From NCBI GenBank assembly GCA_051859245.1, contig JBHYGA010000009.1:38767-102766 (forward strand): a stretch of 64,000 bases of DNA. Direction: 5' to 3'. Origin of the DNA: Gemmatimonadaceae bacterium (GTDB lineage Bacteria; Gemmatimonadota; Gemmatimonadetes; Gemmatimonadales; Gemmatimonadaceae). Numbering within the stretch: position 1 is the stretch's first letter; the number at the start of each line of letters is the position of its first letter. The notes under the pieces are model-generated. The model made no database searches and was not told the origin of the DNA. It saw only the letters and a program-made list of their open reading frames with translations. Of the stretch, positions 1 through 9,131 are shown one piece after another. The translations under genes were made by a program, and so were the position numbers.

Positions 1-692
1 CTATGAAGGTGCTCGAACCATATGATCGGAGCGTCTCGTCTATCAAGAAGCATCGAGGCACCGCGAAACACGCGCGCCTCTGCTCCCTCTACGTCAACCT
101 TGATGAAAGTCGGTCGCGCAAGCCCCGACGCGGAAATGAGACTGTCGAGTGAAACAACCCGGACATTGACTACTGACACGATATTATTGTGCTTACTCCA
201 GTTCCCGAGGCTGCCCATACTGTCGTCGCTGGGAATGTAAAACGGCAATTCTCCGTCGGTCTCGGCCAGTGCGACGGCGTGAACCCGTACACGCAAATCG
301 GTACTGAACGTTTCTTGCAGCGCAGGAACAAGGTTCGGGTTGGGCTCGAATGCCTCAACCCTTCCGTAATCCCCGACGCATGTGCGCAGGAGGTCAGAAC
401 ACAGGCCAACGTTCGCGCCGATGTCGTACACGACGTGTCCGGCGGTGACAAGGCAACGAATGGCGACAGCCAGCTCAGCTTCACGGTTGCGGAGCTCCTC
501 GGACGTCTTGGAGAATGCCCATGTGTGTCTCCGAGACACGTCGAGCAGTATGGGTTCCGAAGAGTAGGCCCATACTTTTGCTCTCTGGAAAACTCGAAGC
601 CGCTTAGCAAGAAATCTGTAGAGGGTCCACGCACCGCGGACATCACGACGAAGAAGTATCTGGACCACGCGGACTACGGCGTCACTAAACAT
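1..692 (-). CDS. FkbM family SAM-dependent methyltransferase (3' end runs off the window; not in the ORF track)
   Basis: Manual translation from ATG 692: MFSDAVVRVV...VVYDIGANVG...VEAFEPNP...HAVALAE...FIKVDVEGAEARVFRGA...IIWFEH, the typical FkbM motifs. No stop before base 1. Confidence 0.9.
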   Translation of the reverse strand, partial: MFSDAVVRVVQILLRRDVRGAWTLYRFLAKRLRVFQRAKVWAYSSEPILLDVSRRHTWAFSKTSEELRNREAELAVAIRCLVTAGHVVYDIGANVGLCSDLLRTCVGDYGRVEAFEPNPNLVPALQETFSTDLRVRVHAVALAETDGELPFYIPSDDSMGSLGNWSKHNNIVSVVNVRVVSLDSLISASGLARPTFIKVDVEGAEARVFRGASMLLDRRDAPIIWFEHLH

Positions 693-949
693 GCATGGAT
701 GGGAAAGAGCCGAGGGTCGTCACGAGGGGCATGTCGGAACTACGGTAGTCCGTATGAGCAGCTGCATTATAGCTCTACCCGCGCGATTCGGGCGGGATCG
801 CACTAACCCTCGACAAGCTGCCATGCGGGAACGTGATTTGGCAACAACTCTATCGTTACTCAGCTCATTGCCAGTCGTCGTCGGGCACAGGCTGGGGCTG
901 GACTAACCACGCAGTATTCGTAGCAACCCGCCCTTCACACGATTGTGAC

Positions 950-1990
950 ATGACCCCCCTCGTTTCCCAGCTCCGCACGCACGCCGAAAGCGCCAGGGAT
1001 ATCGCGTCTCGGGTGATTATGCACCGCGATGCGGTGTCAAGGTATGCCAAGCTTGTAACCAACCCGGATGTCGCGCCGCTTACTAAGCGTGTTGAGAAAC
1101 AGATTGCTGAGTACGCGATGGACCACTTTGGCTCGCGGTGGAGTGCGAGCTGGCTTCGCTTTTATGCCGCGTTTCGAGGCGAGTTTGTTGAAGGCTGGTT
1201 GCCCGAAGATCACTACGTTCGCGTAGTATTGCCACAGGTGAATGGACCATACCGCGAAGTTGGCATGGCCAAGACGCTAACCCGCCGCATGTTGTCGTCC
1301 GATGCGTTGCCTGATCTGGCGTACTGCGTGCACGGACAGTGGTATGACACGGAAATGGAGATGCTCAGCGCCGGAGCGGTAAAGGACCTGGTGTTTCGCG
1401 ATTCGGCTACCGTTATCATGAAGGTTGACAACGCGATGCAGGGCTACGGCGTCAAGGTTTTTGATCGAGCGGACTTCAAACCCGACTTTTTCACCGGGCA
1501 TTCCGTGGTGCAGCGCTTTATCCCTCAGGCTCGCTGGTTCGATCAGATCGTATCAGGGTCCACCTGCACGCTGCGTGTTCTAAGCGCGCTTGTTGACGGA
1601 AAGCCGAGATTTGTTGCCAGCCATCTTCGCGCCGGCAGGCAGCGTGAGCGGGCAATTATTGGCACCACCAAACTCACGCTTGCCGTGAGCGAACAGGGTA
1701 AACTCGGGCCGTTCGCCAGCGATATTCGGTGGAAACGATATCGTTCGCATCCCGACTCCGGTTTTGTTTTTGCGGATCAACAAGTTCCGCGATTCGCAGA
1801 GGCGGTAGAGCTTGCACTTTCACTGCACCGAAAGGTGCCGCATTTCAGGTTGATTGGCTGGGATATTGCCATTCCAGACTCCGGGCCGTTGCAGTTGCTT
1901 GAGTGGAATATGAATCATCCTGGCATAACGTTTCACGAGGCCGCGAGTGGTCCATGCTTTGGATGGCTCAAAGCTGGGATGAGCGCATGA
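950..1990 (+). CDS. Sugar-transfer-associated ATP-grasp domain protein (copy 1)
   Basis: IMKVDNAMQGYGV, VVQRFI, TLRVLS, HPDSGFVF, IGWDIAI..LLEWN motifs. Start taken at ATG 950 within ORF 833..1990. Confidence 0.8.
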   Translation: MTPLVSQLRTHAESARDIASRVIMHRDAVSRYAKLVTNPDVAPLTKRVEKQIAEYAMDHFGSRWSASWLRFYAAFRGEFVEGWLPEDHYVRVVLPQVNGPYREVGMAKTLTRRMLSSDALPDLAYCVHGQWYDTEMEMLSAGAVKDLVFRDSATVIMKVDNAMQGYGVKVFDRADFKPDFFTGHSVVQRFIPQARWFDQIVSGSTCTLRVLSALVDGKPRFVASHLRAGRQRERAIIGTTKLTLAVSEQGKLGPFASDIRWKRYRSHPDSGFVFADQQVPRFAEAVELALSLHRKVPHFRLIGWDIAIPDSGPLQLLEWNMNHPGITFHEAASGPCFGWLKAGMSA

Positions 1991-3033
1991 AGCCATTTGC
2001 TGTGATCGTAAAAAACGCGGCCAAACGGGTTTCGGAGGATGCAAACCTCGTTTTGCTCCGGCAAGAAGCTGATTTGAGATACAAGCGACTCATCAAGAAT
2101 GCGAACGTCCCGCCGCTCAACACAGGGACTGAGAAGCGTGTGTTCGAATACGCCATGGATACCTTTCGCTCCCGCTGTAGCGCGAGCTGGCTGCGCTTTT
2201 ACGCGGCATTTCGCGGCGAGTTCGTTGAGGGTTGTATTCCTGAAGATCTGTACTCACGACGTGTGCTACAGCATCTTAATAGTGAGTTCCGAACAATCGC
2301 GCAGGCCAAAACGCTCACACGACGAATGCTTGGGGCCGCCGAAATACCAGACCTCGCGTATCGTGTACACGGGCTGTGGTACGACCAGAACATGCAGCGC
2401 ATCGGGCTCGGAGAGCTGCGCGATAAGTTGTTCAGTCAGCACGAAAGCGTGATCATGAAGCTGGACAACTCAATGCAAGGGCGTGGAATCAAGGTTTTTG
2501 ATCGAACAGATTTCAACCCCGATCACTTTCCGGGAAACTCCGTTGTGCAGCGATTTGTCGAGCAGGACCCATGGTTCGACCAGATCATCACTGGCTCAAC
2601 AAGTACGCTGCGAATATTGAGTGCGCTGATCGACGGAACGCCACGGCTGATCGCCAGTCATTTCAGGGTCGGACGAAGCAACGAACGTTCAATTGCAAGC
2701 CGCACACGACTGCTGCTTTCGGTGGACGCACAGGGACGTCTGGGAGACTTTGCCAGCGACGGTGCGTGGCGTCGCTACGTCCAACATCCTGACACCGGAT
2801 TCACGTTTGCGAAGCAACAGATTCCAAGGTTTGCCGAGGCGGTCGCAAACTGCTTTGCGCTACACCAGCGTGTTCCGCAATTCCAACTGGTCGGCTGGGA
2901 CCTGGCGATTCCGTCGACTGGGCCGCTGCAGATTCTTGAATGGAACATGAATCATCCGGGAATAACCTTTCACGAAGCAGCAAGCGGACCGTGCTTCAAG
3001 GGCCTCGGTCTGGAGGCGTTGGCAAAAGGCTAG
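1987..3033 (+). CDS. Sugar-transfer-associated ATP-grasp domain protein (copy 2, tandem paralog)
   Basis: ATGA overlap with copy 1. Same motifs (IMKLDNSMQGRG, HPDTGFTF, VGWDLAI..ILEWNMNHPG). Confidence 0.8.
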   Translation: MKPFAVIVKNAAKRVSEDANLVLLRQEADLRYKRLIKNANVPPLNTGTEKRVFEYAMDTFRSRCSASWLRFYAAFRGEFVEGCIPEDLYSRRVLQHLNSEFRTIAQAKTLTRRMLGAAEIPDLAYRVHGLWYDQNMQRIGLGELRDKLFSQHESVIMKLDNSMQGRGIKVFDRTDFNPDHFPGNSVVQRFVEQDPWFDQIITGSTSTLRILSALIDGTPRLIASHFRVGRSNERSIASRTRLLLSVDAQGRLGDFASDGAWRRYVQHPDTGFTFAKQQIPRFAEAVANCFALHQRVPQFQLVGWDLAIPSTGPLQILEWNMNHPGITFHEAASGPCFKGLGLEALAKG

Positions 3034-4108
3034 CGTACAACGATTCGTACGCGCTAACCATTGCCGCTTCACTGTATCGCTCACGAGCCACGTGGAATGC
3101 TCGGTTCGTGAGTGACTCACGCACGCCGTTTTTATCCTGCAGCAAGCGCGTCAGTGCTTGAGCCATTGCTGCAGCATCGCGCACTGGCACGAGCAGCCCC
3201 GTGACCTCGTGCTCGAGAATTTCTTCCGGGCCGCCACTGCGCGTAGCAACAACAGGAATTCCCGCCAGCATGGCCTCTATCGTGGAGAGTGAAAACCCCT
3301 CCTGCGAAGAACTCAGCACAAAACAATCAGCCTCACGCAGCATTGATTGCGGATCTGCGACGAATCCGTGAAACGTGACATGCGATTCGAGACGCAACTC
3401 CTGAACCTGAGCGAGCAAAACTTCATAGAGTCCTTCCCGGTCGGGCTGCCCCAGAACGTTCAGGAGCACATCGGGGATTTGATCACGCAAAAGTGACATT
3501 GCCTGAATCAACGTGGGATAATCTTTAGCCTTCCTGATGTTGCCTATCGCGATTATTCGTGGTGATGCGGAGACCGAGCGCGCTTCCGGAACCTGTGCAG
3601 CATCCGGTAGCGGTACACCGTTGGGCACCACGGAAAAATTCGCTGGCGCGATTTGCAGTGCATCACGAAGCTCGGTGCGCAGCATATCGGAAACCGCCAC
3701 AACGCGAGTGATGCTCGCCCGGAACAAGCGCTGCTTGATCGCTGCCTTGATTCCCCCTCGCCGCACATCTACCTGCCCGTGCAAGGTAACAATACACGGA
3801 ATGCCCTCCAGCCTCGCGGCGAGAGCGGCGTATAAAGCGCCCTCAAAAAGATGCGCGTGCACGATCTGAGCATTCTGCGAACGTATTTGGTGTCTCAGGA
3901 GCTGCAGTAGCGGCCAGTCAAACGCGCTGCCACTGGGCATCAAAACAAAGGGCAAGCCGCGCTTCGTGAGCTCCTTGGGTAGCCAAGAGCCGTTGCGCAC
4001 CAGGCAGTTTACCTGGTGGCCACGCGACTGCAGCCCGCCCGAAAGCCTGGCGAACACCGTTTCAGCACCTCCCGGCCCGCCCGTTTCAATAACCTGCAGA
4101 ATTCGCAT
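2996..4108 (-). CDS. Glycosyltransferase family 4 (GT-B)
   Basis: MRILQVIETGGPGGAE, IVHAH, VPNGV, K-D-Y, EGFSLSTIEAMLAGIPVVAT. Confidence 0.92.
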   Translation of the reverse strand: MRILQVIETGGPGGAETVFARLSGGLQSRGHQVNCLVRNGSWLPKELTKRGLPFVLMPSGSAFDWPLLQLLRHQIRSQNAQIVHAHLFEGALYAALAARLEGIPCIVTLHGQVDVRRGGIKAAIKQRLFRASITRVVAVSDMLRTELRDALQIAPANFSVVPNGVPLPDAAQVPEARSVSASPRIIAIGNIRKAKDYPTLIQAMSLLRDQIPDVLLNVLGQPDREGLYEVLLAQVQELRLESHVTFHGFVADPQSMLREADCFVLSSSQEGFSLSTIEAMLAGIPVVATRSGGPEEILEHEVTGLLVPVRDAAAMAQALTRLLQDKNGVRESLTNRAFHVARERYSEAAMVSAYESLYASLLPTPPDRGP

Positions 4109-4114
4109 GTCTGG

Positions 4115-5170
4115 TCAGCGAGAGATCAGTCGACTTACGAGTTTTTCAAGGCGTGCGTTGGTCGTACCAACTTCGACCCGCACTTCAGACGCAACCTCCA
4201 TATCCTCTCCTCCGAAACGTCGCTTGAACTCAGCGATGCCGGCAAGTGGGCTCGCCGGATCAGCATTCACAGTGATACCGCCAAGGTCGAACCACGAAGC
4301 GCCGCGCGAAATTCCCCACTGCATCAGTCGCCACATCGGTGCGTAGTTTAGCGGCAAAGTGCCGAGTTCCGGTTCACGCGACGCCGCGCCGTGCAGATAC
4401 GTGACGTGGTCGCCGTTGTCGACGCCCAGGGCAAACGCAACGATGCGTTCGGGGCCCGTTACGGTTGGCAACTGGAGCGTGACGAGTAAGCGGTGCGATT
4501 GATCCGCAATGGCAAATTTGAGATCGGACGCGGCGAGATCACGTTGCAGCGCGGACCCGGTTCGCGTGAACGAGCTCTTCATGAGATCAAGCAAGCGCGG
4601 CAAATCCGCCGGCAGGACATCGGTTGAGAGAACAAGTCCGGCACTCAACGGACGACGCACCGCCCGCCGCAGGGTCGCCGGAAACGTAGCGAACGTGTCA
4701 TCATCTCTCGAACCGAGCGTAATCACATGAGTGTGCGTGTACATCATGGCTTTGGGATAGCTGACGTTCGCCACGCCGGCCAAAGCTGTTATCATCTCGT
4801 CGCGCGCATTTCTGTTTTTGCTCACCAACCGCAGATCGGCGCGCATCACCCGGGGCAGAGCCTGCATGCCCGCTATCAGAAACGACGCGAACTCATTGGC
4901 GCGTTGTGCATGCAGATAACTGATGTGGATATCGGCCCTTACAAGGGTAGCCCACGGAACGCGGCGGCTCCCGGATGTCCGCACCGACAGTCCCATAATC
5001 GCATCACTGTGAGGCGCACCTATCCAGTAGCGTTCTTCTCCGCCGCGCACAAACGCCTTGCTGCGGGGTCGCCACGACTCGGGGATGTGTAGTTCGCTGG
5101 ATTCCATCTTCGCCAGCGACGCCAGATGTTCGACGGAACCGTCCGCTGAGACTGCAATCCTCGGCAACAC
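4115..5170 (-). CDS. FemAB-like / GNAT-fold aminoacyl- or acyl-transferase
   Basis: RRAVRR, YLHGAA, WFDLGGI...GIAEFKRRFGG C-terminal signature of FemABX/GNAT-6 proteins. Confidence 0.75.
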   Translation of the reverse strand: MLPRIAVSADGSVEHLASLAKMESSELHIPESWRPRSKAFVRGGEERYWIGAPHSDAIMGLSVRTSGSRRVPWATLVRADIHISYLHAQRANEFASFLIAGMQALPRVMRADLRLVSKNRNARDEMITALAGVANVSYPKAMMYTHTHVITLGSRDDDTFATFPATLRRAVRRPLSAGLVLSTDVLPADLPRLLDLMKSSFTRTGSALQRDLAASDLKFAIADQSHRLLVTLQLPTVTGPERIVAFALGVDNGDHVTYLHGAASREPELGTLPLNYAPMWRLMQWGISRGASWFDLGGITVNADPASPLAGIAEFKRRFGGEDMEVASEVRVEVGTTNARLEKLVSRLISR

Positions 5171-5172
5171 CG

Positions 5173-6186
5173 TCAGAGCAGCAGGTCGCGCGCCATATTG
5201 GGCGGCCGATCATCGAACGAGAAGCGCGGTAGTCGCCAACGTAGCGTCGACTCGCGTTCAGTCCATTCACGACGGTCTATATAGCCGGGTTCACTGCTCA
5301 GCCCACCGATCGCATCACTTTCGCGTACCACTGACTCTTCGCGCGCGCCAAGGTCTCGATAGCGCCCGTTCGGGTAACAGAACACGCCGCTCGCAAAGCG
5401 GAGCTCGGCGCGCACGCGGGCGATTGAGCCTGCAACTTCCTCGCGGGCTTCCGCCTCGCCGCACTGACTCAAAATGGGATGAGAGAGCGAATGAGCACCG
5501 AACCGAATAACTCCCGGTGCTTCCGCCGCCCGAAGTTCATCCCAGGTAAGCACGCGATACTCGCGCGGTGTGGTGGCCGAGAGCTCCACCCCGCTGCGCT
5601 CGATCACTTGCGCGATGACCGACAAGCGCTCGGCATTGGTCACTCGCTTGAGTTGATCAACGATCGCATCAAGGGATTGTTTGCGAACGACTGGATCAGT
5701 GAGGGAAAGCGAGAGTGATGTTCGGGGCAGCTCCACCTGAAGTGATGGGTGCTCGGTGTGCTTCATCACGTACTCGAGCTGATCCCACCAGAACCAGGCT
5801 GATCCATCCACCATATGAGGAACAACAAATGCTGTTACCGGACAGTCGAACTCTCGAAAGATCGGAAGTCCGACTTGGAGCAGATCGGCGTAGCCATCAT
5901 CAACGGTGAACGCAACAGTCATTTCCCCGCTGCTGCCCGTTAGCGGGGCGCCTTCATCAAGCTCGAGCAGCAGGTCGTCGAGTTGCACAAAGCGCGCGCC
6001 GATAGCGCGCAAGTGCGACAGCGTATCGCGCAGTCGCTCCGGCGTGTGTCCGGTTTGTTTGCCATGCGGCGCACGAAACCGGTGCAGCATCACGATATTG
6101 ACGCGAGAACGACGCAGCCTGGCCAGCGCGCGGCTGGCCATCGGGTGCGCGATTGCGCGCAGTGCTGCGTCTTTGATCGTTCTCAT
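5173..6186 (-). CDS. Polysaccharide deacetylase (CE4/NodB-like)
   Basis: MLHRF, FTVDDGY, FGAHSLSHPIL, FCYPNG motifs. ATG 6186 overlaps the upstream stop (ATGA). Confidence 0.88.
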   Translation of the reverse strand: MRTIKDAALRAIAHPMASRALARLRRSRVNIVMLHRFRAPHGKQTGHTPERLRDTLSHLRAIGARFVQLDDLLLELDEGAPLTGSSGEMTVAFTVDDGYADLLQVGLPIFREFDCPVTAFVVPHMVDGSAWFWWDQLEYVMKHTEHPSLQVELPRTSLSLSLTDPVVRKQSLDAIVDQLKRVTNAERLSVIAQVIERSGVELSATTPREYRVLTWDELRAAEAPGVIRFGAHSLSHPILSQCGEAEAREEVAGSIARVRAELRFASGVFCYPNGRYRDLGAREESVVRESDAIGGLSSEPGYIDRREWTERESTLRWRLPRFSFDDRPPNMARDLLL

Positions 6187-7403
6187 GCAACCGTGGCGCT
6201 GATTGACTGATACTCGCGCAACAAACCGGCGCCGATGCGTTGCCAATCGTACACTTCTTCGGCCGTACGGCGCGCGTTGGCTCCGAGACGCATTTGCAAC
6301 GCCTCGTCGTTCAACACCATTCGCACGGCTTGGGCGAACTCACGCGGCTCGTCGCGCACCAGAATGTTTTCTCCATCGCGCGCATCCAGACCTTCACAGC
6401 CGACGGTTGTTGAGACAACCGCTTTCCCCATGGCCCAGGCGTCGAGCACCTTGAGTCGTGTACCGCCTCCAACGCGGAGCGGCACCACAAAGCAACCCGC
6501 GGCGTGCACGAAGGGTTGCACCGAATCGACATATCCCGTGAGTGTGATCCCGCGTTGCGCGTACGATTCCTGCGCGCCTGGAAGCGCGCGCCCCACCCAC
6601 ATGATCTCGGGCAGCGGACCGGTGGCCTGCAGGGCGGGCACGATTTCGTCGGCAAAGAACTCGAGGCCGTCTTTGTTCGGAAACCAGGTCATGCCGCCAA
6701 CGAACACAATGCCTGTGCCGGCGCGACCGGAGGGCTGAAAGGTGTGCACATCAACACCATTGGGAACCACCGCCGTACGGGCGCCGGGGGCGATCGCCTG
6801 GAGCAACCGCTCGTCGTCTGGAGAGCACACGGCGTTGAGCGCTACCCGCGGGCACCAGTAGGCCTCCTCCTGACGCATGAGCTCAGCCTGAAAGGCCAGG
6901 TACTGCTTTTTGATCGGGTTCGTCTCGACATCGGCGCGACGGCGCAACAGCGCCGATTCCACGTTGTGATGCGTGACGGCAACCGGCAGCTCGCCGAACG
7001 CCGGAAGATAGGCCGACAGATCCAGACTGTCGCAGTGCACCAGTGCGTAGTCCCTTGCCGAGAGCAGTTCGTCGAGCCGTTTGCGCAGGGCGGCGTTTTC
7101 GTACACGTGGCGCGTGTACACTTCGCGCGCGAGGGTGCTGCGAAGATGATCACGGACGAACCGCAGGCGGTCGTGTTCCTGCTCGATCGGGAATGCCTCC
7201 AGGGACTTCACGAAGGGGCGTAACCCCTCGAGCCCCCGGTCTACGCCCCGCGAGACACTCTGCCGAAAGAAGCAAACGGCATGAATGTCGTAGGTGGCGG
7301 AGAGCAGTTTGAGGATGTTGAATGTCCGAATGTTGACGCCTCCGTCGGGCGGGAAGGGTAGCGTCTGACAGAGGAACAACAACGATTCACGAGCTAACGT
7401 CAC
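6183..7403 (-). CDS. Glycosyltransferase family 4 (resembles PEP-CTERM/exosortase-associated sugar transferases)
   Basis: PFPPDGG..IR, HNVES, VPNGVD, FVGGMTWFPN, PLRVGGGTRLKVLDAWAMG. Start GTG 7403 inferred. Confidence 0.9.
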   Translation of the reverse strand: MTLARESLLFLCQTLPFPPDGGVNIRTFNILKLLSATYDIHAVCFFRQSVSRGVDRGLEGLRPFVKSLEAFPIEQEHDRLRFVRDHLRSTLAREVYTRHVYENAALRKRLDELLSARDYALVHCDSLDLSAYLPAFGELPVAVTHHNVESALLRRRADVETNPIKKQYLAFQAELMRQEEAYWCPRVALNAVCSPDDERLLQAIAPGARTAVVPNGVDVHTFQPSGRAGTGIVFVGGMTWFPNKDGLEFFADEIVPALQATGPLPEIMWVGRALPGAQESYAQRGITLTGYVDSVQPFVHAAGCFVVPLRVGGGTRLKVLDAWAMGKAVVSTTVGCEGLDARDGENILVRDEPREFAQAVRMVLNDEALQMRLGANARRTAEEVYDWQRIGAGLLREYQSISATVA

Positions 7404-7646
7404 GAACAAGCCGCCACGGGTAGGGTTCAGGGCATTTTTTAAGCGTTCGTCGGCGAAGAGTGTGGGCGCGAAGTGATGCAGGCCACAGATCTGAGAAGCT
7501 GACGACCTTTGACGGTCGGCGCAACCTCGTCGGCGAAGTGGAAACCGGGTGTAAGTGACGGGTACGCAGTATCTTGAGTCTAGTGCAAGAGGCGGCGCTT
7601 TGCCCGCCTGCGTGATCACACCGATAGCCTCACCCGTCCGATCTCC

Positions 7647-9062
7647 ATGACGTCTCCATCCACGCTGACGCAACCACAAGCCAGGCTAGGCCTTCGGCCT
7701 CCGAGGCGGAAGCGGGGCGACTCTGAGGAGTCGCTGTTCCAGCTGAAGTTTGGTGCCCTACGCCGGGCGTTTTTTCGGCAGTCGCCAGCGTTCTGGTTCA
7801 TCTCGCTGTACATCTTTTTTGAGTACGTGCGGCCGCAGAGTATCTACACGTGGATGGATGTGGCGCCGTGGGCGCTTATGTCACTCGTGGGCGCGGTGAT
7901 CAGCGTCTTGGTTGAGCGTCGAGCGAAGTTTGAAAGTACGACGCTCTGGATGCTGATCTTCGCCTTTACCGCGGTAATCGTACTCTCGTCAGCGACTGCA
8001 TACTTCCCTATGTACTCTTGGGAAAGCAAAGTTTTTTGGTTCAACTGGCTTTTGCTGATGTTCGTGGTTGGTGCGGGGATCAAGAACCGTACTGAGCTAC
8101 TGCTGTTTTTGGTGGCGTTTTTTTTGTGGAATCTCAAGATGTCCCAGCACGGGACAAGAAGCTGGATTGGCGCGGGATTTCGATTCGTTTCGTGGGGCGC
8201 GGCAGGAGGGCCAGGTTGGTTCCAAAACTCGGGTGAGTTTGGAATTCAGATGTGCATCTTTCTGCCGCTTGTGGGCTACGCCAGTCACGGTCTTTGGCCT
8301 CACCTGAGCAAATACACCAAGTGGAGCGTCGCCGCGATTACAGCGACAGGCCTCATCAGCATCATTGCTACCTCATCTCGAGGTGCCATGATCGGCCTCG
8401 CGGGCGTAGGGCTTTGGATGCTTGTACGCAGCCCGAATCGCCTCCGCTCCGGCGTGGTCGTTCTGACAATCCTGCCGTTGATGTGGTTTCTCATTCCCGA
8501 TGGTAGCAAGGAACGGTTTAGCGAAATGGGATCCGACAGTGATTCCTTGAACCGACTGCGGTACTGGGGACACGGGATTGAGATTCTCAAGGAACATCCG
8601 CTTCTCGGCGTTGGCTACAAGAACTGGCTGCCGTACTACCGCACATATTACAACCCCGAAGGCCAGCTGCCGCACAACTACTTTGTCGAAGCTGGCGCGG
8701 AGCTTGGTGGTCTCGGTCTTGCGATTCTGATCGCAATCTTCGTCGCGTACTTCTGGCAGAACGCGAAGACAAGACGCGCTACTCGCCCCAACGGGCCTCG
8801 TCCAGATCGATTTTTGCACTCCCTCACGTTTGGGCTTGATGGTGCAATGATCGGCTTTATGGTGAGCGGCTTCTTCATCACCGTTCTGTACTATCCGTAT
8901 ATTTGGATGAACGTCGCCCTCTGCTTGGCGGTCGCGCGGGTGGCCGCGGGTGACGAATCCAGGCGACTCAAAGCCAAAGTCAGGCGCGGAGCGACGGCTC
9001 GGTTTGGCAGTGCGCCGAGCGTCACTCCTGCGAATCCGTTAGCGCGGAGCGATCGATCTTGA
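7647..9062 (+). CDS. O-antigen ligase/polymerase (Wzy_C) family membrane protein
   Basis: About 10-12 hydrophobic segments, TSSRGA, NRLRYW...HPLLGVG, HNYFVEAGAELG. Confidence 0.85.
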   Translation: MTSPSTLTQPQARLGLRPPRRKRGDSEESLFQLKFGALRRAFFRQSPAFWFISLYIFFEYVRPQSIYTWMDVAPWALMSLVGAVISVLVERRAKFESTTLWMLIFAFTAVIVLSSATAYFPMYSWESKVFWFNWLLLMFVVGAGIKNRTELLLFLVAFFLWNLKMSQHGTRSWIGAGFRFVSWGAAGGPGWFQNSGEFGIQMCIFLPLVGYASHGLWPHLSKYTKWSVAAITATGLISIIATSSRGAMIGLAGVGLWMLVRSPNRLRSGVVVLTILPLMWFLIPDGSKERFSEMGSDSDSLNRLRYWGHGIEILKEHPLLGVGYKNWLPYYRTYYNPEGQLPHNYFVEAGAELGGLGLAILIAIFVAYFWQNAKTRRATRPNGPRPDRFLHSLTFGLDGAMIGFMVSGFFITVLYYPYIWMNVALCLAVARVAAGDESRRLKAKVRRGATARFGSAPSVTPANPLARSDRS

Positions 9063-9131
9063 GAGGCATCGCCACTGCGTGAAGCTAGTTTTTTCGCGAA
9101 ATAGTCGCAGCTTTCACCTCATCTATTTCTG

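Noticed and set aside
189..806. 205-aa plus-strand ORF and 158-aa minus-strand ORF (170..646)
   Set aside because: Shadows of the real FkbM gene on the minus strand (692 to <1)
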